Below, piece after piece: positions 1 to 9,837 of a DNA stretch of 45,035 nucleotides. The notes beneath the pieces were generated by a model. That model saw only the letters and a list, made by a program, of their open reading frames with translations, had not been told where the DNA came from and did not search any database. This DNA comes from a virus: the IMG/VR virus record IMGVR_UViG_3300045988_144790. One strand, 5' to 3'. The position numbers and the translations under genes were made by a program. The first letter of the stretch is position 1. Each line of letters begins with the position of its first letter.

Positions 1-55
1 GTGATAGTTTGACGCTGGAGGATGCGCGGGAATTGGAACGCGGGGTGTGCCGTAA
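1..55. repeat. 55-bp terminal direct repeat, identical to 44981..45035. It is a circular-assembly overlap, so the window is one closed phage genome.
   Basis: gtgatagtttgacgctggaggatgcgcgggaattggaacgcggggtgtgccgtaa occurs at both window ends. The length equals a common de Bruijn k. Confidence 0.9.
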
Positions 56-1499
56 AGACCCGGTGTATTTCTGCGAAAACTATTGCCATATTGAGGACAA
101 GGATGCGGCAGAGTTGATACAGCCGTTCACATTGTGGGAAGGGCAGAGGAAAGCAATCCGCGTGTTTGCTGAAAACCGGCTTGTGTGCGTGCTGAAAGCG
201 CGACAACTTGGCTTTACGTGGCTGGCACTGGTGGAAGTGGCGCGGCTTGTGGTATTGAACACAGGACGCACGGCCATAGGCTTGAGCCGGTCAGAGGACG
301 AGGCAAAGGAGCTTGTACGCCGCCTTGCGGTTATACTGCGGTATATGCCGGAGTTTATCCGAGAAGTAGACACGCCGGGCGGCAGCCTATCTGGGTGGAC
401 AGGGCCTGTGTTCTACAAAAGCACAATGCAAGTCGTTGTTATGTGGCCGGATGGGCCGGAGAGCGTGTTCAAGGCGTTCCCATCAAGCCCGGCGGCTGGC
501 CGTTCGTTTACAGCAGATTTGATTGTGATAGACGAATGGGCGTTCCAGCAATACGCCGATGAAATCTGGCAGGCAGCGTACCCGGTTATCAACCGACCGT
601 TCGGCGGGCGGGTCATCGGGCTGTCTACTATCAAGCTGGGCACGCTGTTTGAGGAAATCTACACAAACCCCGGCAACGGTTTCGCAAAGCTGTTTTTGCC
701 GTGGAGCACAGACCCGCGCAGAACGGAGAAATGGTACGCCCAGACGGTTGCTGCGCTTGGCGAGGATAAGACGATGCAGGAATACCCTGCAACGGAGGAA
801 GAGGCCCTGAGCGCCCCGGGCGGGCGTTTTTTCAGCGAGCTGGATAAATACAAGCACCTTGTTGACAAGCCGCCCACAGGCACGCTGCGGCGGTATGTGG
901 CGCTTGACTATGGACTTGATATGCTGGCCGCCATCTGGATTGCGGTGGACGAAAACAACAACGCCACCGTATACAGGGTGGACGGCGGGCCGAACAAGAC
1001 CATTGGCGAGGCCGCAGACCTGATATTGAGGGACAGCGAGGGCGAGGAGATAGATATGTACCTTGCCCCGCCCGATTTGTGGAACCGCAGCCAGGAAAGC
1101 GGAAAGAGCCGCGCACAGCTGTTCAGTGAAGCACATCTGCCGCTTGTGCAGTCGAGCCGGGATTTCCCGGCAGGATGCGCAGCTATGAAGCAGTGGCTGA
1201 GCGTGAACGAGAAAACCGGCAAGGGGTGGCTGACATTCTATAAGCCGGGCGAGCTGTGGACGTGTTTGACCAAAATCCAGAAGGATGACAAAAACGCGGA
1301 TGTGTACGCCAAAAATCCGCACGGATTGACGCATTTCCCGGATGCTTTGCGGTATTTCTGCGTATGGTGGACGGCCCCGGCCAAGAAACCGAAAAACATC
1401 ATACGGCGGGACTGGAAACCGGATATGTATGAGGACTACAAGAACGCGAACGCGGAAGAACGCAAGATGCTGATTGAAAGGTGGGGACACCCAAAATGA
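9..1499 (+). CDS. terL: terminase large subunit
   Basis: 496-aa ORF with terminase-type Walker A variant VLKARQLGFTWL and Walker B-like DLIVIDEWAF, plus a nuclease-sized C-terminal half. Start uncertain: TTG at 9, or in-frame ATG at 44965 across the circular junction. Confidence 0.85.
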   Translation: MTLEDARELERGVCRKDPVYFCENYCHIEDKDAAELIQPFTLWEGQRKAIRVFAENRLVCVLKARQLGFTWLALVEVARLVVLNTGRTAIGLSRSEDEAKELVRRLAVILRYMPEFIREVDTPGGSLSGWTGPVFYKSTMQVVVMWPDGPESVFKAFPSSPAAGRSFTADLIVIDEWAFQQYADEIWQAAYPVINRPFGGRVIGLSTIKLGTLFEEIYTNPGNGFAKLFLPWSTDPRRTEKWYAQTVAALGEDKTMQEYPATEEEALSAPGGRFFSELDKYKHLVDKPPTGTLRRYVALDYGLDMLAAIWIAVDENNNATVYRVDGGPNKTIGEAADLILRDSEGEEIDMYLAPPDLWNRSQESGKSRAQLFSEAHLPLVQSSRDFPAGCAAMKQWLSVNEKTGKGWLTFYKPGELWTCLTKIQKDDKNADVYAKNPHGLTHFPDALRYFCVWWTAPAKKPKNIIRRDWKPDMYEDYKNANAEERKMLIERWGHPK

Positions 1500-1675
1500 G
1501 ATGCCAGACGTGCGGTGTGGAGTGCCGAACGGATTCCGAAAGGGAAACACTTCGGTTTATTTGCAGAAACAAGAAATGCCCGGATTATGGGCACGTGATG
1601 GGGGAAAAGGCCGGGAGCCAACCGACCGTAAGAACCAATTACCCGCAGGGCGAGGAAGGCCCAACAACCAAGTGA
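1496..1675 (+). CDS. small zinc-ribbon protein
   Basis: ATGA overlap with the terL stop. Cys pairs CQTCGVEC ... CRNKKCPDYG. Followed directly by a terminator. Confidence 0.5.
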   Translation: MRCQTCGVECRTDSERETLRFICRNKKCPDYGHVMGEKAGSQPTVRTNYPQGEEGPTTK

Positions 1676-1676
1676 A

Positions 1677-1711
1677 AAGCGCTTATCCCATATGGGGTAG
1701 GCGCTTTTTTT
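1677..1711 (+). terminator. intrinsic terminator
   Basis: aagcgcttatccc-atat-ggggtaggcgc stem followed by T7. Confidence 0.7.
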
Positions 1712-1753
1712 ATACCAATTTTCAGCCGGTGGGCGTTGTACACGGAGGAACCA

Positions 1754-2593
1754 ATGGAAGAACTTGAAAATGGCGTGACCGAGAGCGTAGCCGACTCTGA
1801 AACCGAAACCCAGGAGACCGAAGTTCAGCAGGATGCAGCAGAAGAAACTGCAGCGCAGGAAGAAACCGCGCAGCAGGATGCCGAAAGCGTCCCTAATTCT
1901 GTGTGGGCCGCCGCACGCAAGCGCAGCGAGCGAGAGGCACAGGAACGCTTTGACAGAGAGCGTGCACAGATTGACAAGACCTTTGAACAGCGGTTTGCGG
2001 GGTACAAGAACCCGAAAACAGGGGCCGCCATCACATCCATGCAGGATTACTTTGACGCACTGGATGCGCAGAACGAGCTTGACCGGCAGCGCGACATTGA
2101 GCGCGTTACGGCAAACCAGACGGCAGAGCAGGCGCAGGCAATCCGGCGATTGATTGAGAACGACCCCGAAAAAGCACGCTTGAAAGCGGACGTGGAGCAG
2201 ATGCGGCAGGAAGCCGCGCAGCAGCGGGCGCAGGATGCATTCAACGCGGATTTTGCGGCTTTGCAGCGGTTGGAGCCGAGCATCAAGACCATGCAGGATT
2301 TGACAAGCCAACCCTGTTTTGAACAGGTTGTATCGCTTGTGAAAAACAATGGCCTTGACCTTGTGACGGCTTACAAGGCTGCCAACTACCAGAACGCGGC
2401 GCAGAGCAGCGCGGCTGCCGGAAAACAGGCGGCTATCAATGCTGCACGCGGAAAGAGCCATCTTGCACCGCATGACGGCGCATCCACGCCGGGGAACCGC
2501 CGGGTGATGAGCGACAGTATGTTGCGACGAGCCCGCGATGCGTTCCCCGACAAGAGCGATGCAGAGCTTGAAAAACTGTACAACGAGATTTGA
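1754..2593 (+). CDS. scaffolding protein (putative)
   Basis: GGAGG 5 nt before the ATG. Acidic N-terminus, then a long E/Q/A/R-rich coiled-coil-like sequence. Lies immediately upstream of the capsid gene. Confidence 0.65.
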   Translation: MEELENGVTESVADSETETQETEVQQDAAEETAAQEETAQQDAESVPNSVWAAARKRSEREAQERFDRERAQIDKTFEQRFAGYKNPKTGAAITSMQDYFDALDAQNELDRQRDIERVTANQTAEQAQAIRRLIENDPEKARLKADVEQMRQEAAQQRAQDAFNADFAALQRLEPSIKTMQDLTSQPCFEQVVSLVKNNGLDLVTAYKAANYQNAAQSSAAAGKQAAINAARGKSHLAPHDGASTPGNRRVMSDSMLRRARDAFPDKSDAELEKLYNEI

Positions 2594-2607
2594 AAGGAGC
2601 CTGGATT

Positions 2608-3609
2608 ATGGCTGTTATTTTCAGCAAGGCAAGCGGCCTTGCCAATGATTTCTGGAATGAGTGGGCAGACTTGCTCACCATGAAGATGAAGGACACCGAC
2701 AACGAGAAGAACAACGATGACGAGCTGGTCAACACGCTGTTCAATGTGAAGAAGTCCAAGCGTTTCGGCGAGAAGATTGCCGGTATGTCCACCTTCTCGA
2801 ACTTTGAGCTTGTGGACGAGGGTGCAAGCTCCCCGCTGGACGATTTCGGCGAGATTGAGCCGAAGCTGATTCAGCACAGCGAGTTCAAGAAGGCTTTCCG
2901 CATCACCAAGACGATGATTGAGGACAACCAGTTCGATATGGCTGCCGCCCGCGCTGCCGCCAATGTGCGTGCTTACAAGCGCAGCCGTGCAGAGTTTGCC
3001 AGCAAGGCGCTGACCAGTGCTGCTGCAACGTTTACCTACGGCAAGAAAACCGGGCTGGATTCTACCACTGCTGACGGCAAGGCTCTGTTTGCAAAAGACC
3101 ACGCCGGCAAGACCGGCGTTGCCGCACAGTCGAATGTGTTCACAAACGCTTTTGGTGATGATGATGCCATGCTGAACCGCCTTGCCAACATTGGTTTCAA
3201 CTTCAAGAACGCATCCGGCAACGGCATGGGCTATGTGTTCGACACACTGATTGTGCCCTCCAACTGCTACCGCCTGATCACGCTGGGCAAGAAGATTATC
3301 AACTCTGACCAGCAGGTGGGCAGCAACTACAACGATGTGAACGTCAACAAGGGTATGTGGAAGCTGGTGGTTGACCACCATTGGCAGGCCGATGACGAAA
3401 CGGAGCCCTATATCCTGATGTCCAGCCAGGCCAACAAGGATTTGCTGGGCAATGTGTTCTATGACCGTACCGCCATGGAGACCTTCCAGAACGTGGACAC
3501 CTTGACGCAGGACCTTATCACTTCCTGCCGTGGCCGTTTCAGCTGCGGCTTTGGCGATTGGCGCCACGTCATTCTGGGCGGCGCTACCGCCGGTACAGCC
3601 CTGACCTGA
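2608..3609 (+). CDS. major capsid protein (putative)
   Basis: AAGGAG RBS. 333-aa protein directly after the scaffold. Size and position fit an HK97-fold coat protein, but no motif-level proof. Confidence 0.7.
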   Translation: MAVIFSKASGLANDFWNEWADLLTMKMKDTDNEKNNDDELVNTLFNVKKSKRFGEKIAGMSTFSNFELVDEGASSPLDDFGEIEPKLIQHSEFKKAFRITKTMIEDNQFDMAAARAAANVRAYKRSRAEFASKALTSAAATFTYGKKTGLDSTTADGKALFAKDHAGKTGVAAQSNVFTNAFGDDDAMLNRLANIGFNFKNASGNGMGYVFDTLIVPSNCYRLITLGKKIINSDQQVGSNYNDVNVNKGMWKLVVDHHWQADDETEPYILMSSQANKDLLGNVFYDRTAMETFQNVDTLTQDLITSCRGRFSCGFGDWRHVILGGATAGTALT

Positions 3610-3617
3610 GGCACGGC

Positions 3618-3767
3618 ATGATTCCTAAGAACCTGAAGCCCGGCGATATTTTTATAGACGGCGGCAGAACCTTTGTTGTTGAGGAAATCTGTGCGGGTGG
3701 TTACATCAGCAAAATGGTTGAAAAGACAGAGGAAAAGCCGAAGCGCAAACGCCGCACGGCAGAATGA
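3618..3767 (+). CDS. small basic-tailed protein
   Basis: 49 aa, GAGG RBS, C-terminal KPKRKRRTAE. Terminator follows. Confidence 0.4.
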   Translation: MIPKNLKPGDIFIDGGRTFVVEEICAGGYISKMVEKTEEKPKRKRRTAE

Positions 3768-3771
3768 GTAC

Positions 3772-3804
3772 AAGAGCCCACTGTAACAGGTGGGCTCTTT
3801 TTTA
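3772..3804 (+). terminator. intrinsic terminator
   Basis: AAGAGCCCAC-tgtaacag-GTGGGCTCTT followed by a T-run. Confidence 0.85.
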
Positions 3805-3838
3805 TCACAATTACGGGGGCATGACCCCGCAGGGGTGA

Positions 3839-5671
3839 ATGATGAAAAAGAGCGAGAAAGACAAGAGCCTTGAAAAGTGGCAGGGGCGGTTGGCTACCGC
3901 AAAATCCCAGTACAGCAGCGAGCTGAACAAAATGCGCCAGCGCGAGAATATGTACTACGGCAGCCACGAAATTATCGGCGCAAAAAAGAACGCTACCACC
4001 GGGCGCAATATCACCTATGAGCTGATAGAAAGCCAGGTGGATTCCAGTATTCCGCAGCCGAAGGTGACGGCGATTCACGCGGAGGACGAGGAAAAGGCAC
4101 GCAAGATTGAGAATCTTTTGCGCAACGAAATCCGCCGGATTCACATTACCGAGCTGAACGACCGCAGTGAGCGCACGGTTCCTGTGCAGGGCGCTGACTT
4201 TTTCCACGTGGAGTGGAATCCGCTGGCTGGCTACCATTGCACGTTGGGGGACGTAGAGATTGATTTGCGCCACCCGCGACAGGTAATACCGCAGCCCGGC
4301 ATTTATGCACTGGAACAGATGGACTATGTTTTTGTGCTTATCAGCAAGAGCAAGGAATCCATTGAGGAAAAGTACGGCATTACGCTGGACACAGACACGG
4401 AGGATGCGCCGGAGGTGCGCGGCGGCGATGATATGACCCACACCGGCGTTGTGACGCAGAACGTTGTGTACTACAAGCACGATAAGGGCACAGTGGGTAT
4501 GTTCAGCTGGGTAGGCAATCAGGTTTTGGAAGATTACCCGGACTACTACGCCAGAACCGCAGAAGTCTGCACGAAATGCGGCCGCAAGCGGATGGGTGAC
4601 GTTTGTGTGTGCGGAAACAAGAAATTCAAGGAGCAGGCTGTGCAGACGCTGACCCTGACGGAGGATGTGACGCTTGATGACGGCACCGTGATTCCAGCCA
4701 TGACGCAGGGCGAGGACGAGCCTGTACTGAACCCTGACGGCAGCGCACAGCGCGATGTGAACACCGGCGAAGTGATTATGATGCCGACAATGCACGCAAC
4801 GGAGCTACCCACCTACAAGCCGCGTGGATTCCCGATTGTGGAGAGAGTCAACATTGCGCGGAGCGGGTGTTTTTTGGGCATATCGGATGTAGATATTATC
4901 TCCGACCAGCAGCAGGCTATCAACAAATACGCCACCAAGATTCAGGAAAAATTGATGAAGGGCGGCAGCTTTGTGACCCTGCCGGATGGACTTGACGTTG
5001 ACAAGAGCGATGACGAGCTTAAAATTATCCGCATCCAGAACCCGAGCCAGGCACAACAAATCAGCGTTATCAATGTGCAGCCAAATGTAAACAACGATAT
5101 TACGATGATGGGGCTGCACTACGATTATGCCAAGTCCACCGTTGGCATTACCGATGCTTTTCAGGGCAAGTATGACGCATCGGCTGTTTCCGGCAGCGCG
5201 AAGCAATTCAGCGCGAACCAGTCTGCAGGGCGTATGCAGTCCAAGCGCGAGATGAAGAACCAGGCGTATGCAAGGCTGTACCGCCTGATTTTTGAGTATC
5301 TGTTGGCGTATGCGGATGAGCCGTACCCGATGACAGAGACCGATACGGACGGCGAGCAGCAGTTCGGGCATTTTGACCGCATGGAGTTTTTGAAGCAGGA
5401 CGCGGCAGGGGAGCTGTACTGGGATGATGAGTTCATCTTTGAGGTTGACCCGGCGAGCAACCTTGCCAGCAACCGCGAACGGCTGTGGGATATGGCAAAA
5501 GTAGATTATCAGGCGGGCGCTTTTGGCCCTATCAATGACATGGAAAGCCAGCGCACCTACTGGACATGGATGAAGAACACAAATTACCCGTATTCAGCAA
5601 CCGTGTTGGCAGATATCAGCAAGCGGTTGGAAATGCAGCAGCAAACGGAACAGCAGATGATGCAGATGTGA
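3839..5671 (+). CDS. portal protein (putative)
   Basis: 610 aa, the only unassigned head-module protein over 500 aa. Contains an inserted Cys4 cluster CTKCGRKRMGDVCVCGNKKF. Assigned by size and position. Confidence 0.6.
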   Translation: MMKKSEKDKSLEKWQGRLATAKSQYSSELNKMRQRENMYYGSHEIIGAKKNATTGRNITYELIESQVDSSIPQPKVTAIHAEDEEKARKIENLLRNEIRRIHITELNDRSERTVPVQGADFFHVEWNPLAGYHCTLGDVEIDLRHPRQVIPQPGIYALEQMDYVFVLISKSKESIEEKYGITLDTDTEDAPEVRGGDDMTHTGVVTQNVVYYKHDKGTVGMFSWVGNQVLEDYPDYYARTAEVCTKCGRKRMGDVCVCGNKKFKEQAVQTLTLTEDVTLDDGTVIPAMTQGEDEPVLNPDGSAQRDVNTGEVIMMPTMHATELPTYKPRGFPIVERVNIARSGCFLGISDVDIISDQQQAINKYATKIQEKLMKGGSFVTLPDGLDVDKSDDELKIIRIQNPSQAQQISVINVQPNVNNDITMMGLHYDYAKSTVGITDAFQGKYDASAVSGSAKQFSANQSAGRMQSKREMKNQAYARLYRLIFEYLLAYADEPYPMTETDTDGEQQFGHFDRMEFLKQDAAGELYWDDEFIFEVDPASNLASNRERLWDMAKVDYQAGAFGPINDMESQRTYWTWMKNTNYPYSATVLADISKRLEMQQQTEQQMMQM

Positions 5672-5690
5672 CATGGGGGGGTGACACAGA

Positions 5691-6290
5691 GTGACATGGT
5701 ATGATGTGAAGCTGGCCGCCTTGCAGAAAATGTTTGCGACTGACGGAACGGATATTTCCAACCCGGACGAAGCGACCAAAGAATATTTGAACGCTATGCC
5801 GCAGGCTGCAAACGAAGCTGTAGAAATGCTGTGCACCGCTGGTAGGTATCTGCGCAAGAGCTACACCGTTGACAAGGACAAGGGCGAAAAGCTGACGGTG
5901 AATCTTGCCTATGAAGTGCCGGACTACTGGCGCATTGGCAGTATGGAGGTTTACAAGCTGGTGGATGATACCCCGGAGCCGGTAGAAGGGGTAGTGCTGT
6001 ACGGCGGGAAATACCTTGTGTTCCCGGAAGAATATGAAGGCGAATTTGAGTTTTTCTATGACGCGAAGCCTGCAACCTTTACGCTGAACACGCCCGACAG
6101 CAAAAAGATAGATTTGCCGGACGAGGCCGTTGTTCTGCTGCCGCTGTATATTGCAAGCCAGCTGTACAAGGATGACGATAACGCCATTGCCACAATGTAC
6201 CGCAATGAATTTGAAACGGCTTTTGAACGGCTGGTCAATCCCAGAACCGTGACGAAGGAGAGCTTCAGCAACAATACAGGGTGGTGGTAA
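5691..6290 (+). CDS. virion structural protein (head-tail adaptor position)
   Basis: GTG start after a G-rich RBS. 199 aa, directly after the portal. Confidence 0.5.
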   Translation: MTWYDVKLAALQKMFATDGTDISNPDEATKEYLNAMPQAANEAVEMLCTAGRYLRKSYTVDKDKGEKLTVNLAYEVPDYWRIGSMEVYKLVDDTPEPVEGVVLYGGKYLVFPEEYEGEFEFFYDAKPATFTLNTPDSKKIDLPDEAVVLLPLYIASQLYKDDDNAIATMYRNEFETAFERLVNPRTVTKESFSNNTGWW

Positions 6291-8155
6291 TTGTGGCAAG
6301 ATTTTCAATTCCAACACAGGCAGCACGCAGCAAGCTGACGATTGACAGACTGCTTGGCATTGACTATACAAGCAACACGGCCAACGTAAATGTACGCCAG
6401 AGCCCGAACGCAAAAAATATGATACGCAGCGAACCCGGCAAGGTGCGCAAGCGGATGGGGTATGAGCGATTGTGCACATTCCCCGCACGAATTAACGGAT
6501 GCCACCTTCTGAAAGGGAAAACGCTGGTACACGCAGGGACGGCGCTGTACCTGATGCCGGAAGCCGGGAACGAGCCGGGGGCGGCCCTGTACAGCGGTAT
6601 GGCAGATGCCAGAAGCAAAAGCTGGCAGATGGAAGATAAGCTGTTTATTGCAGACGGAAAATGCCTGCTGGTATATGACGGCGAGAGCGTGAAAAAAGCC
6701 AGTGATGATGCCAAAATTCCGACCTTGACCATTGCCAAACCGCCGAAGGGCGGCGGGACCGAGTATGAAGCGCTGAATTTGCTGCAACCGAAATTCAAAG
6801 AGCTGTTTGCGGCGGACGGAACCAGCACAGAATATCATTTGAGCTTCAGCGGATTGGACAGCGCGGATGTTCGGGTGCGAAAGCTGAACAGCAACGGAAA
6901 CTGGATAGATGTTACCAGCGGGTACAGCTGCAATGCAGGAACAGGCGTTGTCACGTTCAACACGGCCCCCGAAAAAAGCCCGGTTACCGGTGAGGATAAC
7001 ATTGAGATTACAGCAAGCCGCACGGTGACAGGGTATGCCGACAGAATCAACAAATGCACGATTGGCATACTGTTTGGCGTAAACGGTGCGGCTGACAGAC
7101 TGTTCCTTAGCGGAAACCCGGATTATCCCAATCAGGACTGGTACAGCGGCCAGTATGATTTGGCATACTGGCCTGATACAGGGTACAGCAAACTTGGCAG
7201 CGAAAAAAGCGCGGTGATGGGCTACAGCATTATTGAGAACCGCATTGCGGCGCACAAGGACGAAAACGAGACCGACAGAAACGTGGTAATCCGGCAGGGC
7301 AACTTAGTGGACAATGAGCCGGCTTTTCCGATTACAAATACCATACAGGGGCCCGGAGCGATTGCAAAATACAGCTTTGCCTACTGCGCAAACGAGCCGT
7401 TTTTCCTGACGAATCTTGGCGTGTATGCCATTACGCCGAGCGACATTGTGGGCGAGCGTTTCAGCCAGAACAGAAGCTACTATATGAATGGAAAGCTGCT
7501 GGAGGAGCTGAACAAGGAAAATGCATATGCCTGCGTATACAAGGATATGTACTGGCTGTGCCTGAACGGCGTTGCGTATATTCTGGACGGACAGCAGAAT
7601 CTTGGGACAAATTCTGGAGACCCATATTCCACAAGACAGTATGCGTGCTTTTACGAGACAAATATTCCGGCACGTATCATGTGGGTGCAGGAAACTGACC
7701 TGTATTTTGGTTCTGACGATGGCAAGGTGTATCGGTTTTACAGCAGACCGGAAGATGTGCGGAGCTATAACGATGACGGTGCAGCGATTGACGCTGTCTG
7801 GGAAACGCCGGATTTAGCCGGTGATTTGTTTTATAAGAACAAAAGTTTCCGCTATCTTGCCTTGCAGATGGCGCCGAGTGCGTTTACAAGCATAATGGTG
7901 TATGCGATGAAGCGCGGCATCTGGAGCCAGATTTGGCGGGATGAAATCCATGCGCGTTACTTCAGCTACCACCAGCTGTGTTATTCCCGGTTCACGTACT
8001 CCAATGACCAGACAGCGCGGACATTGCACAACAAAATACGCATAAAACGTGTGGACAAGGCAAGGTTCCGTTTTGCAAACAATGTGCTGAATGAGCCGTT
8101 TGGCCTGATGCAGATTGCAGTTGAATTTGTAGAAAATGGCAATTTTAAGGGGTGA
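6281..8155 (+). CDS. large tail/neck structural protein, function unassigned
   Basis: 624-aa ORF in the structural operon. Start may be GTG 6293, just after the upstream stop. Confidence 0.6.
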   Translation: MVVIVARFSIPTQAARSKLTIDRLLGIDYTSNTANVNVRQSPNAKNMIRSEPGKVRKRMGYERLCTFPARINGCHLLKGKTLVHAGTALYLMPEAGNEPGAALYSGMADARSKSWQMEDKLFIADGKCLLVYDGESVKKASDDAKIPTLTIAKPPKGGGTEYEALNLLQPKFKELFAADGTSTEYHLSFSGLDSADVRVRKLNSNGNWIDVTSGYSCNAGTGVVTFNTAPEKSPVTGEDNIEITASRTVTGYADRINKCTIGILFGVNGAADRLFLSGNPDYPNQDWYSGQYDLAYWPDTGYSKLGSEKSAVMGYSIIENRIAAHKDENETDRNVVIRQGNLVDNEPAFPITNTIQGPGAIAKYSFAYCANEPFFLTNLGVYAITPSDIVGERFSQNRSYYMNGKLLEELNKENAYACVYKDMYWLCLNGVAYILDGQQNLGTNSGDPYSTRQYACFYETNIPARIMWVQETDLYFGSDDGKVYRFYSRPEDVRSYNDDGAAIDAVWETPDLAGDLFYKNKSFRYLALQMAPSAFTSIMVYAMKRGIWSQIWRDEIHARYFSYHQLCYSRFTYSNDQTARTLHNKIRIKRVDKARFRFANNVLNEPFGLMQIAVEFVENGNFKG

Positions 8156-8159
8156 TGAA

Positions 8160-8600
8160 ATGGCGTTCAAGAAAATTTCCGATGCAGACTTGAAGGGAAA
8201 AGGCAATATCGGCAGGCCGGATACACCGGGTGTTACAACGGCAGAAATGCAGCGGATTTTGGACGAGCTGCCGAGAGAGGTTATAATTCCGGCTTTTAAT
8301 ATTTTGGTAGATTGTCTGAACGGTTCCAGCGTTGCCGGTGACTTTGGTGCACAGGTTCCCGCCACACTTCCGGATGGCACACGGGGCACGGTGCAGGATA
8401 TTTTAAACGCGTTGGCTAAACAGACGGATGACCACAAGCGTGACAAAGACAACCCGCACGAGGTCACCGCTGAACAGGTTGGAGCGTATACGAAGGAAGA
8501 GACAAAAAATGCAATAACCGATGCGGTAAGAAACGCCGTTGCCGGTGAAGTTCCCGCCCTGACAGATGCAGAAGTTGCTGAAGCTCTCGGCCAGATTTAA
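8160..8600 (+). CDS. tail-fibre-associated protein
   Basis: AAGGGG RBS. C-terminus AEVAEALGQI is shared with the fibre gene ending at 9824. Confidence 0.6.
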   Translation: MAFKKISDADLKGKGNIGRPDTPGVTTAEMQRILDELPREVIIPAFNILVDCLNGSSVAGDFGAQVPATLPDGTRGTVQDILNALAKQTDDHKRDKDNPHEVTAEQVGAYTKEETKNAITDAVRNAVAGEVPALTDAEVAEALGQI

Positions 8601-8613
8601 GGGAGGACGCGGT

Positions 8614-9150
8614 ATGAGTACGATTACTGTACAGCTAAACGGCTACCGCGTAAAGCCGGGAGACATTAAGCTTGGTACGTATGACAGCTATGGGCTGGAA
8701 ACGTTGCAACTTGTGCCTGATGAACTATGGGAAAAGCTGGCGATTGTGGCAACCTTCAACGCGCCCAGTGGCAGCCATACGAGGGTAAAGGCTGACGCAG
8801 ACCTTTGCGTAAAAGTTCCGCCGGAAGCGATAGAGGACGAGAGCGGAGACGGAACCATTGTGTTTGTGGGCACTGCTGACGGCAAGCGGCGAATCAGCCA
8901 AAACCTGACTTACACGGTGTTTGACCACGATACAGCAGACGGTGATGATTCGGCTGCCCCCCCAACCCCTGACCTTGTGCAGCAGATTCTTGCCGCTGCC
9001 AACACTGCCGAGAAAACTGCCAACAGCGTGCGGGAGGATGCGGACGCGGGGAAGTTCAAGGGCGAGCAGGGCCCGCCCGGGCCGAAGGGCGATACGCCGG
9101 ACATTCTGAACAATATGGACATCCAAGAAATCTTGAATATGCTTGACTGA
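8614..9150 (+). CDS. tail appendage protein with short collagen-like segment
   Basis: GGGAGG RBS. GEQGPPGPKGD Gly-X-Y run. C-terminal DIQEILNMLD resembles neighbouring fibre C-termini. Confidence 0.6.
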   Translation: MSTITVQLNGYRVKPGDIKLGTYDSYGLETLQLVPDELWEKLAIVATFNAPSGSHTRVKADADLCVKVPPEAIEDESGDGTIVFVGTADGKRRISQNLTYTVFDHDTADGDDSAAPPTPDLVQQILAAANTAEKTANSVREDADAGKFKGEQGPPGPKGDTPDILNNMDIQEILNMLD

Positions 9151-9164
9151 AAAGGAGAAAAACA

Positions 9165-9824
9165 ATGGCTGTTGATATGACCAAACTGACTGATGGCAAC
9201 GGATTGCTGTATGGCCTGAAGGGCTTGAAGGCGAAGATTGTTGCGCTGCTGGACAATAAGGTGGACAAGGTGAGCGGCAAGGGGCTGTCCACCAACGATT
9301 ACACCACCGCCGACAAGAAAAAGCTGGACGGCATTGCCAGCGGTGCAAACAACTATACGCTGCCCACTGCTGGCAGCACGCTGGGCGGTGTAAAGACCAC
9401 CAGCACCGTGACAAGCGCCAGCGGATACACTCCCGCGCCCATTATCGACGGAGTGCCGTATTACAAGGACACAAACACCACCTACAGCCCCGCCACCCAG
9501 AGTGCCAACGGCTTGATGACTGCTGCCGACAAGAAAAAGCTTGACGCTTTCGGCGCGGCGGGCACGTATGCCACGCAGACCTATGTAGGCCAGCAGATTG
9601 CGGCGGCGGGGCACATCACCAAGAAGATTGTTCCCACCCGACCCGAAGCAAGCGCCGCCAAGGAAAATGTAATTTATATGGTTAAAAAGCCAAGCGGCAG
9701 CGGCGGCAACCTGTACGATGAGTATATGCTGATTGATGGAGGGCTGGAACTTGTCGGCGACACCGAGACGAAGATTTCCACGCTGAGCAATGCCGATGTG
9801 GAGGAGATTCTCGGCCAGATTTAA
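9165..9824 (+). CDS. tail fibre protein
   Basis: Two copies of the phage fibre repeat (TADKKKLDGIASGANNYTLP; AADKKKLDAFGAAGTYAT). Ends ADVEEILGQI. Confidence 0.75.
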   Translation: MAVDMTKLTDGNGLLYGLKGLKAKIVALLDNKVDKVSGKGLSTNDYTTADKKKLDGIASGANNYTLPTAGSTLGGVKTTSTVTSASGYTPAPIIDGVPYYKDTNTTYSPATQSANGLMTAADKKKLDAFGAAGTYATQTYVGQQIAAAGHITKKIVPTRPEASAAKENVIYMVKKPSGSGGNLYDEYMLIDGGLELVGDTETKISTLSNADVEEILGQI

Positions 9825-9837
9825 GGGAGGCTGAACG

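Noticed and set aside
483-4795. Long antisense ORFs (483..1550-, 1436..2473-, 2386..3567-, 3701..4795-). Similar ORFs occur at 12938..13807-, 15284..16417-, 39380..40222- and 39399..40370+.
   Set aside because: - They lie opposite well-supported genes.
- Their products are Arg/Cys/His/Pro-rich nonsense.
- They lack RBSs.
- They look like shadow ORFs typical of GC-rich coding DNA.
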